From assembly GCA_026770705.1 (NCBI GenBank), contig JANJGN010000008.1, positions 172,174,001 to 172,238,000 of the forward strand: a DNA stretch of 64,000 nucleotides, written 5' to 3'. This document shows positions 41,509 through 54,461 of this stretch, one piece after another. The notes beneath the pieces are model-generated. The model saw only the letters and a program-made list of their open reading frames with translations. It was not told where the DNA came from and searched no databases. How positions within the stretch are numbered: the stretch's first letter is position 1; the number at the start of each line of letters is the position of its first letter. Both the position numbers and the translations under genes were made by a program. This stretch comes from Isurus oxyrinchus. Lineage: Eukaryota.

Positions 41509-42510
41509 TCAGTGGCTTAAAAATGGTCGCCAGTAAAACCGAGTTAAAAATGTGTCCAAGCGTCGAGACAATAAGTAGTAAGCTTCGCGGATAGGAAGTG
41601 AATTAACAATGCGACACAAGAGAATGCCACATTCTGAAGTGCATTCCAAGGCGCCAATGCATGCAGGGGTAGCATCGATTAGTAAGTTGTGGTTTGGCAA
41701 TTTTTGATGTCGTCCCAAACTTTGATGTGCTTGGAGCCTTCAAACAGACACTAAATGTATAGAGATTTTTTTGTCTATCATTTTATGAGCAAGGAACATG
41801 AGGTCCATAATTAAAATGATGGATACAATAACTGTGCTGATAACTAATTAACTTCTCCCTCTGGTTGCTCTTATCATTATATTTTATTTTTAATTTTCTT
41901 TTGAAAGTTTACTGGAAATTTTGAAAGATCTGAGAGATTATTTTTCCCAGCTCTTCACATGATGACGTTTCAGAACTTTAGTTTATCAAGATCTTTAGAA
42001 AAGCACATCATTTAGAAAATAATTTGTCCTTTTAGTTCTAACAGCATTAGATAAAAATGACAAAAGACCCATATTTTAATGCACACTAGAGCACAATGAT
42101 TGCTAAAATACAACACTGACATGCAAGGCAACTCAAAGAACTCCTCACCCAGCAACATAAATTAGGCATCTATAAAGCTGCATATTTATGATGTTTAGTC
42201 ATTTTAGGATACATAATTCTACATTTATTACTTTTTTATGAAGACATCACTGCTGGAGAAGCATAGACTAAAGGGAAGCCACATGGAAACTTAAAAAATA
42301 ATCCAGCTGAGAAAAAGAAATTTATCTGGTATAACTTCTTGTTAAACTGCCATTTCGATAAATTCTCACCATGCAAATAAAAAAGATGTACATTAACAGT
42401 AAAGTGATTTAGTGGAATAACTCCACCAGCTCTACCTCAAGCAATCAACTTGTTTAAATTCTTTGTATTATTTGATCAAAGAATGTCTTTATTAATGTTA
42501 GAAATGGCTT

Positions 42511-43821
42511 GCAAAATTAATTTATAAAAGAGCAAATTATTAATGATAAGTTTGTACTCAACATTGTTAGGCCACAGATAGGAACACGAAATAGTTTAAA
42601 CTGCATCATTATAAAAAGCACACTAAAGCTACATAGCTTAGAATGTAGATTCGCCAGGATGATGCTCTGAATAGGAAATCACGTTATGAGGAGCCATTTC
42701 AGATACTTGGGATTTTTTTCCTTTGGAGCAGAGAAAGCTTTTTTTCATCATAACAGAGAAAGCCAGGGAAGAGTTTTAAATGAGTTTTATTAAAATCTGA
42801 GTGTAAGGATTAATGTACAAAGACTTCTTCTAGCTGGGGGAGGGAGATCATTTATAAGTCATGAATTTTTGAATGACAATGAATGAGGGGTGAAATTTCT
42901 TTATGAAAAGGGTTGCTGTAGCACCAAATGCTTTGCACAGGGAGTGGTTGTGGGCAGAGACTATTTCATCCTTTAAAGGAAACTGAATAAATACTTGAAG
43001 GCTATAAGGCTATTGGGATAGTATGAGGGTTCGTTGTGGATTGTCCAGCACAGTGGTTCATAAATCTGGGTCTGCAGAGCCCTGGAGTCATTAGAGACTT
43101 TCTAGGGGTTCTGCAAAATAATTGAGCTGTGGCCAAATAGTTTGGTGCTAGCTGGGAGTGAATGTGTCTGTCACATGTGCAACACAGTGACATGGTTATC
43201 TCACCCAGGAGTGGGATGTGCATGGAGTAGTGCGAAGAGTGGCACAAAGATGGTAGACATGCAGTTACCATGATGGTGGGTGCTAGGTGAGTTTAGCTTT
43301 AAGGGAAGGATTTTTTAATATATTTAAAGTCCCATGTAATATGCAGTGAGAACCAGGCACACCTATCATGCTGATAGCGGCAATTAAATATTTATTTTCT
43401 TAAAAACATTGTTAAAGTTCTCTTTACATGCAGTACTTTGAAATTAATGAATATTACATCAAATTAAAATTTGGATAGAGTGTCTGTGATTACGACTCCA
43501 TATGAGAAGAGTTTTTCAACCAGAAAAGTTTGAGAACTACGCAAAATTCATTTATAAAAATGAGTAAGTAGGTAATGATAAGTTTGTACTAAACATTGTT
43601 AGGTCACAGTAAAGAGTATGATTTATCGTTTTAACTGCACCATTATAAAAAGCACATTGAAGACACAGCCTAGAGTGTAGATTCATCAGTATGATGCTAC
43701 GAATAGGAAATCATAGTTATGAGAAGCCATTCTAGATGCCTGAGATTTTTTTTCTTTGGAGCAGAGTAACTTTATTTCATTATAACAAAGAAAGTCAAAG
43801 AGAGGGAGGTTTAATTGAGTT
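42511..43821 (+). repeat. Diverged local direct duplication (~275 bp: 42511-42786 and 43541-43821) of a decayed CR1-like segment
   Basis: Collinear shared blocks: taatgataagtttgtact, cattataaaaagcaca, gaataggaaatca, ctttggagcagag. Confidence 0.75.
43051..43540. mobile_element. hAT (Charlie-like) MITE remnant
   Basis: Ends cagtggttcataaatct / aagtttgagaactac. Confidence 0.45.
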
Positions 43822-44052
43822 AGCATTGACAAAATGGGCTAAATGGATCCTTCCCACACTGTAAGCTTCTAGTGTTTTATCTTCTATCACTAGAAAGCAG
43901 AAGGTAATCAATGTCTAATTACTTGAAAAAGTAAAATTGTGCACTTGATAAAGTAACCAACAAATTGATTCAAGGAATTAAACACTCCAGTGGTTTCATT
44001 GAGGATATAATCTAAAACATCACGTTCAGGTACACATCAATAAATATAAGAA

Positions 44053-44326
44053 ACAAAAACAGAATTACCTGGAAAAACTCAGCAGGTCCGGCAGCATCGG
44101 CGGAGAAGAAAAGAGTTGACGTTTCGAGTCCTCATGACCCTTCGACAGAACTTGATTTCGAGAAGTCTCGAAATTTGGACTCGAAATCAAGTTCTGTCGA
44201 AGGGTCATGAGGACTCGAAACGTCAACTCTTTTCTTCTCCGCCGATGCTGCCAGACCTGCTGAGTTTTTCCAGGTAATTCTGTTTTTGTTTTGGATTTCC
44301 AGCATCCGCAGTTTTCTTTGTTTTCA
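44053..44326. mobile_element. Young Penelope-like element remnant (inverted pseudo-LTR pair) with a 14-bp target-site duplication
   Basis: Arms 44051-44162 and 44180-44291 are reverse complements with 1 mismatch. TSD aataaatataagaa at 44039-44052 and 44327-44340. Each arm carries a hammerhead-like motif. Confidence 0.8.
44190..44228 (+). ncRNA. Minimal type I hammerhead-ribozyme-like motif (mirror copy on minus strand at 44114-44152)
   Basis: AGTT-CTGTCGA-A-GGGTC-atgag-GACTC-GAAAC-GTC-AACT: stem I AGTT/AACT, stem II GGGTC/GACTC, palindromic minimal stem III ACGT. The core has U instead of A at position 6. Confidence 0.6.
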
Positions 44327-46502
44327 AATAAATATAAGAAGGCTGGTTATCATTTTCAACCCATAGCACTGATTTTCAACCTTCAGATGTTGGTACTTTT
44401 CTCTTCAATTTTCTGATTATAGTTTTGTCAACAGATGTTTTAATGAATTTGTTGCACTATATCCAGTCTGTAGGAACTGAAGTTGAGAGATGTGCATTAA
44501 GCTTTGAACTGGTATACATTATGATGCCCTCTATATTCTGCAACAGGCAATTTCGAAAAATCTAAAATTGAATTGTGGTCTCACCCTGTAATATATACGT
44601 GTCAATAAACCTCTACTGCAAATATTTAGGTCATCGATTTTATTTTCCTTGAAATCTATAAAAATTCCACAGGACCTGTGGTACGTTTAGGAACATGTGA
44701 CACTAGTTTGCTGCTGAATTATACAAGCAGCTAGCTGAGTTAGCCTTTTCATTAAATTTCATTAAAACCATGCCAAAATGTACAATTATTTCTGCAGTTT
44801 ATGTTAATTACCTCAATTCCATAAGCATTTCATTAAAAACATAATTTCTGCATGAAATTCAAAGCACATCTGCACATTACCATTGATATTAGTTTTTATT
44901 TTTAGAACGAAAGCATTTAACATTAATCATTTCAAACAGCTAAGAAAGGTGCATTTCATTTTAAAAAAAACTGTACATAAGGCAAATAATCAGTTAAATT
45001 AATGAGTGGTCATGATTACATCAATAATATCTTGTTAATGAACAGGTTCATGCTGGATATGACACCATAAAGCATTGCTGATAATTTGAATTCAAAATCC
45101 TAGTTCTTTCAATGCTATTACTGGTTTATTACCAGCAGCATCCGAATGAACATCTGATCCTTTTCACTAATGCCTAAAAGTGTCAGTATACATATATAAT
45201 TAGCAATTACATTATTAAAGGATAGCATGATGATTGGACTAGCAATCTGTGCAACTATGCAGTTAAAGCAATATTCTTGGATTCTCCATTCTGCTGAGCG
45301 CTCAATCTCACTGGTGCTGGCAAAAGAAGACACCAAGTGGAGAACAGACAGCTCTCAAAAAAGTATTACTGGCTACAATGGGAGGATCTTCCCTTGGCTT
45401 GGCCCAGGTTACCTACTCTCTGACACAGGTAGTGCAAGTACTTCATGAGGGGGAGAGAGGGGAAAATAAGAGAAGTACTTCAAAGCAGTGTTGAAAATGT
45501 AAAATACACTCAAGAATCATTTAATGAGCCGATGTCCTCAGTTTCAATTTACAAAAATCATGATATCTGCTTACAATTTGAAAATCAGTTATCTCAGTGA
45601 AATAATAGTTGAAAGGGGAATCATTTAGTAATCACATGGTTCAGAGGCCAACAACCAAGTGCCCATTCTCCAGGTTTCAATTTTAAAAATCATCTAATTA
45701 TCTCAATCGCTGAATCATAGATCTATAAAATGTGGGTCAGTAATAGAACATGAACCAGCTTAACCAATGTAAACATTGGGAACTGTCACAGACACACGTC
45801 TTGCACAAAATGTAAAACACCTAAATGGCTGAGTTTTCTTGATGTAAAATTTGCGTAAGCTTGTTATACTATTAGCTGAACCAGTGTTGCTGACGCTCAA
45901 GTTAAAGATCTTTATTGATGAGGGAATATCATAAACATTTAATTAGAATTGATTCCAATGTTTTCTTCAATAAAACTGAACATTCCATTTAGTCACCACA
46001 GGCTTTCCCACTATCATTTGTAATATTATAGCTGCAAAGCTTTAGCTGGAGAAAATGAAAAACTGAAGTGATATTTCTTTTGAAATATAAACAATAAATA
46101 AGGATAAAAGCAAAATGCTAAAAGGCAGTGAAAATTGAATAAATTAAAATCAATGATCTACTTCTTGTGCTCACTGTCCACTCCCAAACTCAACAACCTT
46201 CTTGGTTGCTAATATCACCAATGGCTCTTGAAGTTCTGTTCCACTCTTTTTAAAACTACTATAACTCAGACAAAAGGAACAATCTAGGTTCCTCTATCCT
46301 CTGCAACTACCACCAGACCTTTAAATGTGTCGTCATTGTCCAAAATCATTCTTGTCCACCCTGCTGTTCCTAAGTTTGAAACTTCCAGTCCAGTTTTGGT
46401 CTGAGCACAAAGACTGCCTTGTTCAAAATCATAAGTGACAGACTTAGTGACTTTAATCATGTTACACTATCACACCTTGTCCTCAATATCTACGTGGCAA
46501 TA

Positions 46503-47965
46503 GTCACGGAATTGTTATGGTGTAGGAGGCGGCCATTCGGCCCATCGTGTCTGCATCGGCTCTGTGCATTTTAACTTAGTGCCAATCTCCTGCCTTGCCC
46601 CTGCAACCCTGTACATTGTTTCTATTTAAATAATCATCCAATGCCCTCTTGAATGCCTCAATTGAAGCTGCCCCCACCACACTTCCAGCAGTGCACTCCA
46701 GATCCTTACTACTCGCTGTATGAAAACGTTTCTTCTCACCTCGCATTTGTTTCTTTTGCAAAACACTTCAAAACTGTGCCCTCTGGTTCGCGATCCATTT
46801 ACAAGCACAAATGGTTTCTCCCTATCTACTCTGTCCAGGCCCTTCATTATTTTGAAAGCTTCTATCAAGTCTCCTCACAGCCTTCTCCTCTCCAAGGAAA
46901 ACAGTCCCATAACTGAAGTTTCTCATCCACTCTTATAAACCTCTTCTGCACTCTCTCCAATGTGTTCACATCCTTCCTATAGTGTGGCGCCCAGAACTGC
47001 ATACAATACTCCAGCTGAAATCTAACCAGTGTCTTCACCATAACCTCCCTGCTCTTATACTCCATGCCCTTGTTAAAGAAGCCTAGAATACTGTATGCTT
47101 TAGAAGCAACTCTCTCTACCTGTCCTGCCGCCTTTAATGACTTATGTACATATGTATCCAGGTCTCTGCTCCTGCACATCCTTTAGAATAGTATCCTTTA
47201 TTTTATACTGTCTCTCCATGTTCTTTGTACCAAAGTGTATCACCTCACACTTCTCTACATTGAACTTCATCTGCCACCTGTCTGCCCACTCCACCAATGT
47301 GTCAGTGTCCTTTTGAAGTTCTACAATGTCCTCCTCACAGTTTACAGTTCTCCCAAGTTGTGTGTCTTCTGTAAACTTTGAAATTGTCCGCTGCACACCA
47401 AGATCTAGATCATTTACATATATCAGGAAGAACAAGGGTCCCAATATCGACCCCTGGGGAACTCCACTACAAACCTTCTTCCAAGGTTTGGAAAAATAGC
47501 CATTAACCATTACTCTTTGCTTCCTATCCCTCAGCAAATTTTGTATCCACATTGCTACTGTCCCTTTTATTCCATGACCTATAACTTTCCTTTCAAGTTT
47601 GTTATGTGGCACTGTATCAAATGCCTTTTGGAAGTCCATATACACGTCAATGGCCTTACCCTCATCAATCATCTCTGTTACCTCTTCAAAAAACTCCAGC
47701 AAATTAGTTAAACATGATTTTCCTTTAACAAATCCATGCTGACTCTTCCAAATCAATCCACATTTTTCCATGTGACTATTAATTCAATTCCGAATAATTG
47801 TTTCTAGAAGTTTCCCCACCACCGAAGTTAAATTGACTGGTCTATAATTGCAGCGCAGATCTTTACAATCTTTCTTGAACAAGGGTGTAATGTTTGCAAT
47901 TCTCCAGTCCTCCGGCACCTCCTGCGAATCCAGGGGACATTGAACGATTATTGCCAGTGCCTCTA
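46503..47965 (-). mobile_element. CR1-clade LINE 3' fragment; frameshifted reverse transcriptase pseudogene
   Basis: ORFs 47784..47972 (VPEDWRIANITPLFKK..NYRPVNLTSVVGK), 47142..47771 (QHGFVKGKSCLTNLLEFFEEV..GVPQGSILGP..KFTEDT), 46865..47179 and 46626..46868; CR1 3' tail near 46510-46560. Confidence 0.92.
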
Positions 47966-48780
47966 GTAGCAAGAGTCCTCTGTGAAATAGGTTTGACCGG
48001 TCTTAAAAAGGTTCCTAACGGTCAGGGATTCACAGTACCCAAGTACCCAAAATTTTACCCCAATTGTCAGTTTTATTAAGTGAACAGATTACTAGTGTGG
48101 AAAATGGAAACGTGGCTGTTCAGTGATCAATGCTAACTTTTTAGAACTGGATGAAGGGAAACTATTAAAGAGAAGCTTTGCATGTATCGCAACTTTAAAT
48201 GGTCACAATGGACTCCAAGTATAAGTGTGGATTATAATGTATCATTGCCCAATAGTAATACTCACAATGAGTGCAAAATGGATCAAAAGTAAAGAGAATA
48301 AATAAGTTTTAAATAAATTTTATTAACACTTTTCAGAGCAGAATATAGCTTGACAAATTGCAATTGCTATTGTCATATCAAATATCTGTAATTAAGGACA
48401 ATATCTCCATACAAGTTTATCTCAGAAACAAAATCGAGTGGCTCTGCATTTCCCAATCACTAACTATTCAGCTTGAGAAGAAATGAACCAACATTCAAAG
48501 TCTATTCGTGCAGACTTTCCATTAATGCAAATACAGGAGACATGCTGCAGCCCGAGCAAATATCACAGGATACAGTCAGCACAGTTTGCAAAGCTGTACA
48601 GTTGCCATCAACTGAGATCATATACAGAAATCTAGCACATATAAGATTGGTATAGCAGAAACCACATTGTCTTGGGGTCTCTAGTTCCAAATCAACTATT
48701 TTATAATATAAAAGTGTTTTCTAAAATTAATTTCTGTGGTAGGACTAATTCATGCATCCCAAAATATACAAGGTTTCTAG

Positions 48781-49211
48781 CAACAGTTCTCAAACTGTAG
48801 TGCACTTAGCCTGTCCAGATAGGGCACAGGGAGGAGCTCCACTCTTGCCCTGTCCCTGTTTCTCCCCCAATTTTCTCAAACCGATGCAGTCTCAAGAAGC
48901 AGCTTGAATGCTGAAAAGTGCAGGGGTGGGTGATCGGGGCAGGGGGATGTTTGTACATAAGTTGAGAGCATAAAAGTGGAGGAGAAACAAACAGTCATGA
49001 AGAAGAGGAGGAGCAAGAGGTGGATAAAGAGAGTAAGGAACAGAAGGGTACAGTGAGACTGTAAGAGATAAGGAATTTTTAAAAAATAAAAATCCGTGAA
49101 TATTAACAAACCATAGCTAGTGGAGTTCAGAAGTCTTTTTTTTTAAGTGAAACAAAGCCTAAAAAATGTTTGAGACAGTAATACAGGCTCAAACAGTTTA
49201 GAGAACCAGTG
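48781..49211. mobile_element. hAT (Charlie-like) MITE remnant
   Basis: Degenerate TIRs caacagttctcaaactgt / acagtttagagaaccagtg. Confidence 0.5.
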
Positions 49212-52200
49212 CTTTACAAAATTTTTAAAAATGCTCGATTTGAAACAGGTCATTAATATTCTTGCACTTAAAGTTTATGCAATAAATACACTTTCTGTAA
49301 ACACATTTATCCATGTAATCTAGCATTGAAGCTAATGAGTATTTCTGAAGTAACCATATTAGACGTCTCAGCTGCTATTTTAGTGTATAAATCAGAAGCT
49401 TTACATTTGTACACAGTGAAACAGGATGTAAAAATTCACAATTTTTCTATTGACACACGTTTCCATTACTTAACACTTATTTGGTATTCACAAACTCTTT
49501 TAAGGTGGATAGGTTTATGTGCTTACCTTAAGCATCTTGATCAAAAAGACATTATAAATCTCAGACTAGCAGCGTTCTGGGATTATCCAGTCTACGTAAG
49601 AAAACACATAAAAGACCCCCAATAACCTACAAGGGAAAGGGCATTGTAAAATCTAAAAAGGCTAAATAATTTATGTGCAGTTCTACAAATGTTGAGTGAC
49701 AGCCCTTTGGGACATTTAGCCCTTCCACAATCACATTTCCTTTTAAGGCATTCTATTCTATTGTACTTAACAAAATGCAGGCATGAAAGAAATGGCAAAA
49801 ACTTAGTGATAGCCCCGAGCATTCTGTGATGCCAGCATTTGTCCAGCTGCGGTACTAATGACAGCGTTCAAACATTTTCAGGCACACTATACAATAAATC
49901 ATTTATGATATTGCCAAGGGACAAGTTAATAGGAATTAGTTCCAAAACAAAGTCGCCATTTTGAAACATAATATACAAGAATAAGAAATAGAGAATAAAA
50001 TACTCAGATAATGGAGCTGTTCTGTAATCACCGTCAAGTTGCCTGGGGCATACAAATTCAGCCATCTAATTGCTAGATTATGTTGACAGAGTGCATTTGG
50101 TACTACTGTTAATGGAACATGCTAATAAAGTGTGGCCTAAATGAGAACTTGGATCCCATTAGCCAGCCACTTAGAATATTGTAATATGCAATATCCATTG
50201 TATCAGCTCCACTATATTCAAATTTGGCTGCAATAGAAATTGAAAATTGGGGAAAAAAAAACTAAGTTTGAATTTAAATCTACTCACCAGTTAGCCCTTC
50301 TTATTACAGATGCTTTGGATCACGTGATAAAAATGTGCTCTCATGCCATGTTAAAAAACTTGCGCTAATGTGCTTTATGAGCTGTTCTATGAATTTGCGG
50401 ATCAGTGAACAAATCTTAGTTTTGGCCAGAATTAAAAGCAAGTTCCAAAAAGAACCAACCATGACTAGAAAAATGAAAATTAATAAATCTCAAAAATATT
50501 CAGGCTATTTTTAATGTATTCAATGTGGCAGTAAAAAATTGTTGAAAGGGCATTGGTATTGTAGACTGTTGTGGGCTGTATCGTGTTTGAGAATCTCATC
50601 CAAATAATATAAAAAATTTCTAAAAGCTTCTTTTCTGCGAAAGATTTATTTCAGGGTAAATAATCCAAATGACATACACAGTCAGGTAATATACAAGTTA
50701 TTATACCATTACCCTCATGTACCAACTAAACTAGAGATGTAAGATTCAGATTTCAGCACTGTCCTATGACAATTAGTAACAGAATTGTAGCTTGTGACAG
50801 ATCAATTCATGGTCAAATTGATTTTCAGAACTGGCGCAAGAACACCATCTGTATAACTCAACCAGTAGAAAATTACCCATTTGATCCTTAATTCTAAAGT
50901 CTAAAAAGCATACAAGTGCCTTCCCAACAACTTTCAAGCTTATGTTCAAAAATGTTAACATTCAAATCATCTCTTTTCTGGCACTAAATATGTCACAAGA
51001 TTTTTGAGGTGCCAATTTGCAGACCTTTCCTTTCAAAGTAGGTACCATTATTATCTGTGTAATAACTACAGCATCAGCGTCACTTACATCTATTATGACA
51101 AGTCCCAGTATTTAAATTAACCAGCAATGACATAGTAAATTAAGCATGCGAACAGGGCTTTCTAGAAGGTGGCTGAATCTCTTAATTGATTAAGTGCTTC
51201 AAAGCACTAATAAATTCACCAAAATGATCAAATGCACAACCCTTTAGTATAATTTTGGTTACAAAATGGAACAGTAGCTCAGTGAACAAACTTATCTGGA
51301 TGATATTAACTTCACAGGGATAGTTTCACTTTTTGCATCACCAAACATTAGCCACCCAACTGCTGTATTATTTTGAGTCATTTGTTTATTGAAATTTGTG
51401 AATTAAAAATGCACAGTAGCATTGTATAACTATTTCTTTGCTCAGCCATTATAACTGTGAAAAGTAAATGATTACTATAGCATATTACAACTTTGATGAT
51501 GTTACCTGAACATGGAGCAATTATACTTATTGCCAGCTCTTGCATCATTTTTTAGAAACTATTTTACAATAAAAGTTTACAGGGTGCTACTTTGCCTACA
51601 ATTAAGTTTGGCTTCATTATTGATACTGTTCGCTGTTGTTATACAGTTTGAAGCAAAGCAAGTATCATTCTGTTGCTACAATCACTAAGCCCCTTCCGGG
51701 ACAATAACAAAAAGTTAATGACATGGGAAAAAAACTGTAAGCACAAGAGTAATTTTTGCAGCAACTTCAATTCACAAGATTTTACTTTTGGCTCACTTAG
51801 CATTTCCTGTGACCAGATTTGCACCATCTCCAAAAAGGGGAAGGCACTAAAATCAAACTATTCCGCTGACTATTTATCACTGACAGGAACCACAAGTTAT
51901 CCTTTCTACGTAATAAATACTTACAGGTCAGATTTTAAAGATTCAGTTTACACAAACCCAGAGATTGAAATATGCTTTTTGGGAATGTGCAGCTAATTCC
52001 TCACAGTATTCAACAACAGCTTTTTAACAGTCTTCCCATTATTCATTTTGTAAAAAAAAATCACTGGACTGAAATAAAACAGTCACTTCTTCTCTTCTAG
52101 CTTTTAATGTTATATCAAAGTGCAATTATTTTTCTTGTGTTGCAGGGAAATACTTCCATGGCTCCATTTTACTCAATACCTTTTTGTAAATTTGAGAACA

Positions 52201-52560
52201 TTTGAAAATCCCTACCCATTAATATAATAATTTCAGGACAAATCCTAAATAGTGGACTTATTTTACAAAACTGAGTATCCAAGACAAGCCAAAATGTTCA
52301 GTATACATTGGAGTATTGCAGTTGGGTTGAGAGGGGACACTGAAAGAACTAGCCACACAGTCTATTTCTTGAAGTATCACAACTCCTGCAAGTCAAAATG
52401 GAATTCAACATTAATATTTGTCACTACATTGCACAAGACTACAGAGAATACTGATATGTACGATACATCATACCACCTTTCTGATGCAAAACATGGGAAC
52501 AGAATATTTCAAGATTTCAACTGAGATTATTAATACATAATGTGTACATTGTACTTACAA

Positions 52561-52611
52561 GAGGGAGGGGGGAGAGGAAGGAAGGAAGGGAGGGAAGGAG
52601 GGAGGGAAGAA
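52561..52611. repeat. Polypurine (GGAA/GGGA) tract
   Basis: Directly visible. Confidence 0.85.
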
Positions 52612-52869
52612 ATTATTATATTAGAATGCCAGAGATACTAACTAGAGGATTAAAATAATCTAATAACCTGCAGAGGAAATTATGTAAATACATTCCTGGG
52701 ACAGTTATTCCAATTCCTACTGAGGAAACTAGTCAGATTTTCATTTAAAAAAGTTACTCTCTCTAAAAATTCCCTTAGTCATCAAATAATATCCATGCAA
52801 AGCCAGTGTCGGTGCTAAATTTTCTGCAACATTTTTAAAGTTGTGGAGATAAGGAAGCTATTGCAAAGT

Positions 52870-53481
52870 ATTACATAGGAGTCCCCTGATGACAATGAAA
52901 ATAGACTGCCTCCCCAGCTCTCACCCTCCTGAGGCCACTTGCACAGATCAACATGTGCCCCCCACACTCACCCTGGGATACACCCTTCCACAGTACTGCC
53001 CTAGCCTGGCAGCCATTGAAAAGCCACCCCTGCCTTACGGCTAGTCTGGTAAGTAGAGACCTGCCCATGAGCCCCCTAAAAGTGCTGCGGTGCAGCCTGC
53101 GAATCCTGGCACTAATAACCGCAAGTGCTGCCCGAAGCAAGGTAGGCAAACAAGCCTCGAAGACCCGAGCGAAGTGCAGGTGCACATCGCTTATGTTCAG
53201 TTGTGAAATACGTCGGCACTGTGCCCGGATGAATGAGGGCGGCGGGGGGATACTCCCGGTGGGCAGGCAAGATGAGGAGATGCAAATACACTGAAATTAG
53301 GTTCCTGACCTTGGATGACAGGAAAGGCAGCCCATCGTTGACGGGCGAAGTGGATGATCACAAACTGGTTTTACAATGGCATAGGCCTGATTCTTGGCCT
53401 TCTTGCCACACTGTCCGTTCACACCTGCCATGACGCCCAATGCCAAGGTTGGGGCGGGGGGGGAGCAGAAAATTTCAGTCA
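52870..53481. mobile_element. GC-rich probable non-autonomous DNA transposon remnant
   Basis: Abrupt GC/CpG-rich block ending aaaatttcagtca-taa, similar to the right TIR of the 33114 MITE. Confidence 0.4.
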
Positions 53482-54461
53482 TAATTTTATGCAGCAGTTT
53501 CAGCTCCAGGGTTTAATAGATCAGAAAATTAATAATTAAAAATTTAAGGTTACCAGCTGTGCAAAATTAAATGGAAAACTACATTTTTGGTACAGAGTAA
53601 AATAAATCCACTTCTGTAAGTATGGCAGCAAAGGCAGCAGTTCCATTTCTATTGCAATAAAGGGGAAACTGGGTTTCGTCTGAAATTTTCATCTCATAAG
53701 GCATGTTTCTTGTTTTCACTCAAACTTTCATATGCCAAATTAAAATAAGCAATCCATGCAAACGATTAAATCATTTTTAAAAATATAAAATATTTCAAAG
53801 ATAAGATTTATCTATTCCTTTTTCCTCCCAAAACTAGATCCATATCATTAAAGAGAAAGACTTGTAAAATAGCTGTAAGTAACTGTAAAATAGCTTCCCC
53901 AGTGCCCCCCATGGAACTGAGAACAATGAGGCAAGAAGATGTTTTCAAAACGGTTAAAGATTTTGATTTGGCAAATTGTGAAACGTTGTTTCTGTTAGCT
54001 GGAGAATCAGTAAGGAGGCTTAGATTCAGGATTACCACTGAAAGAATGAAGGGAGAAGTTTATAAAGCTTTTAGAGCATAATGCTTTAAAATATGCAGCT
54101 GAGGCAGATTAGAACATAAACCTAAATGGATTGAATATGTATTCGAAAAGGAAGAATGTTAAAGTGTACAGTAGAACAGGCAGGATAACAGGATTAGAAC
54201 AGACAAATCCATTTGAAGAGTCAGCACCAGTGGTGGTTTAGTGGGTTGAATGGTTTCCAGTGTTCCAAGTTCTATGATGATTAGTCTTTCTAGCTGCTGT
54301 CTTTTTGCAGCTCATCAGCTGAGAGAATGGGGTTCAGGTCTCTGCAAAGCATAACAGGTATCCAGCAAGCTTACTATCAACAATCGAAAATAGTTAAGTT
54401 TAAAAAGTAACATTAATTGTGAACTTAATTGCATGAATAATTTACTACCTCTCTCTAGGGG

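Noticed and set aside
52871-53539. Cluster of 60-113 aa ORFs
   Set aside because: By-product of a GC-rich repeat; no recognisable domain or splice structure.
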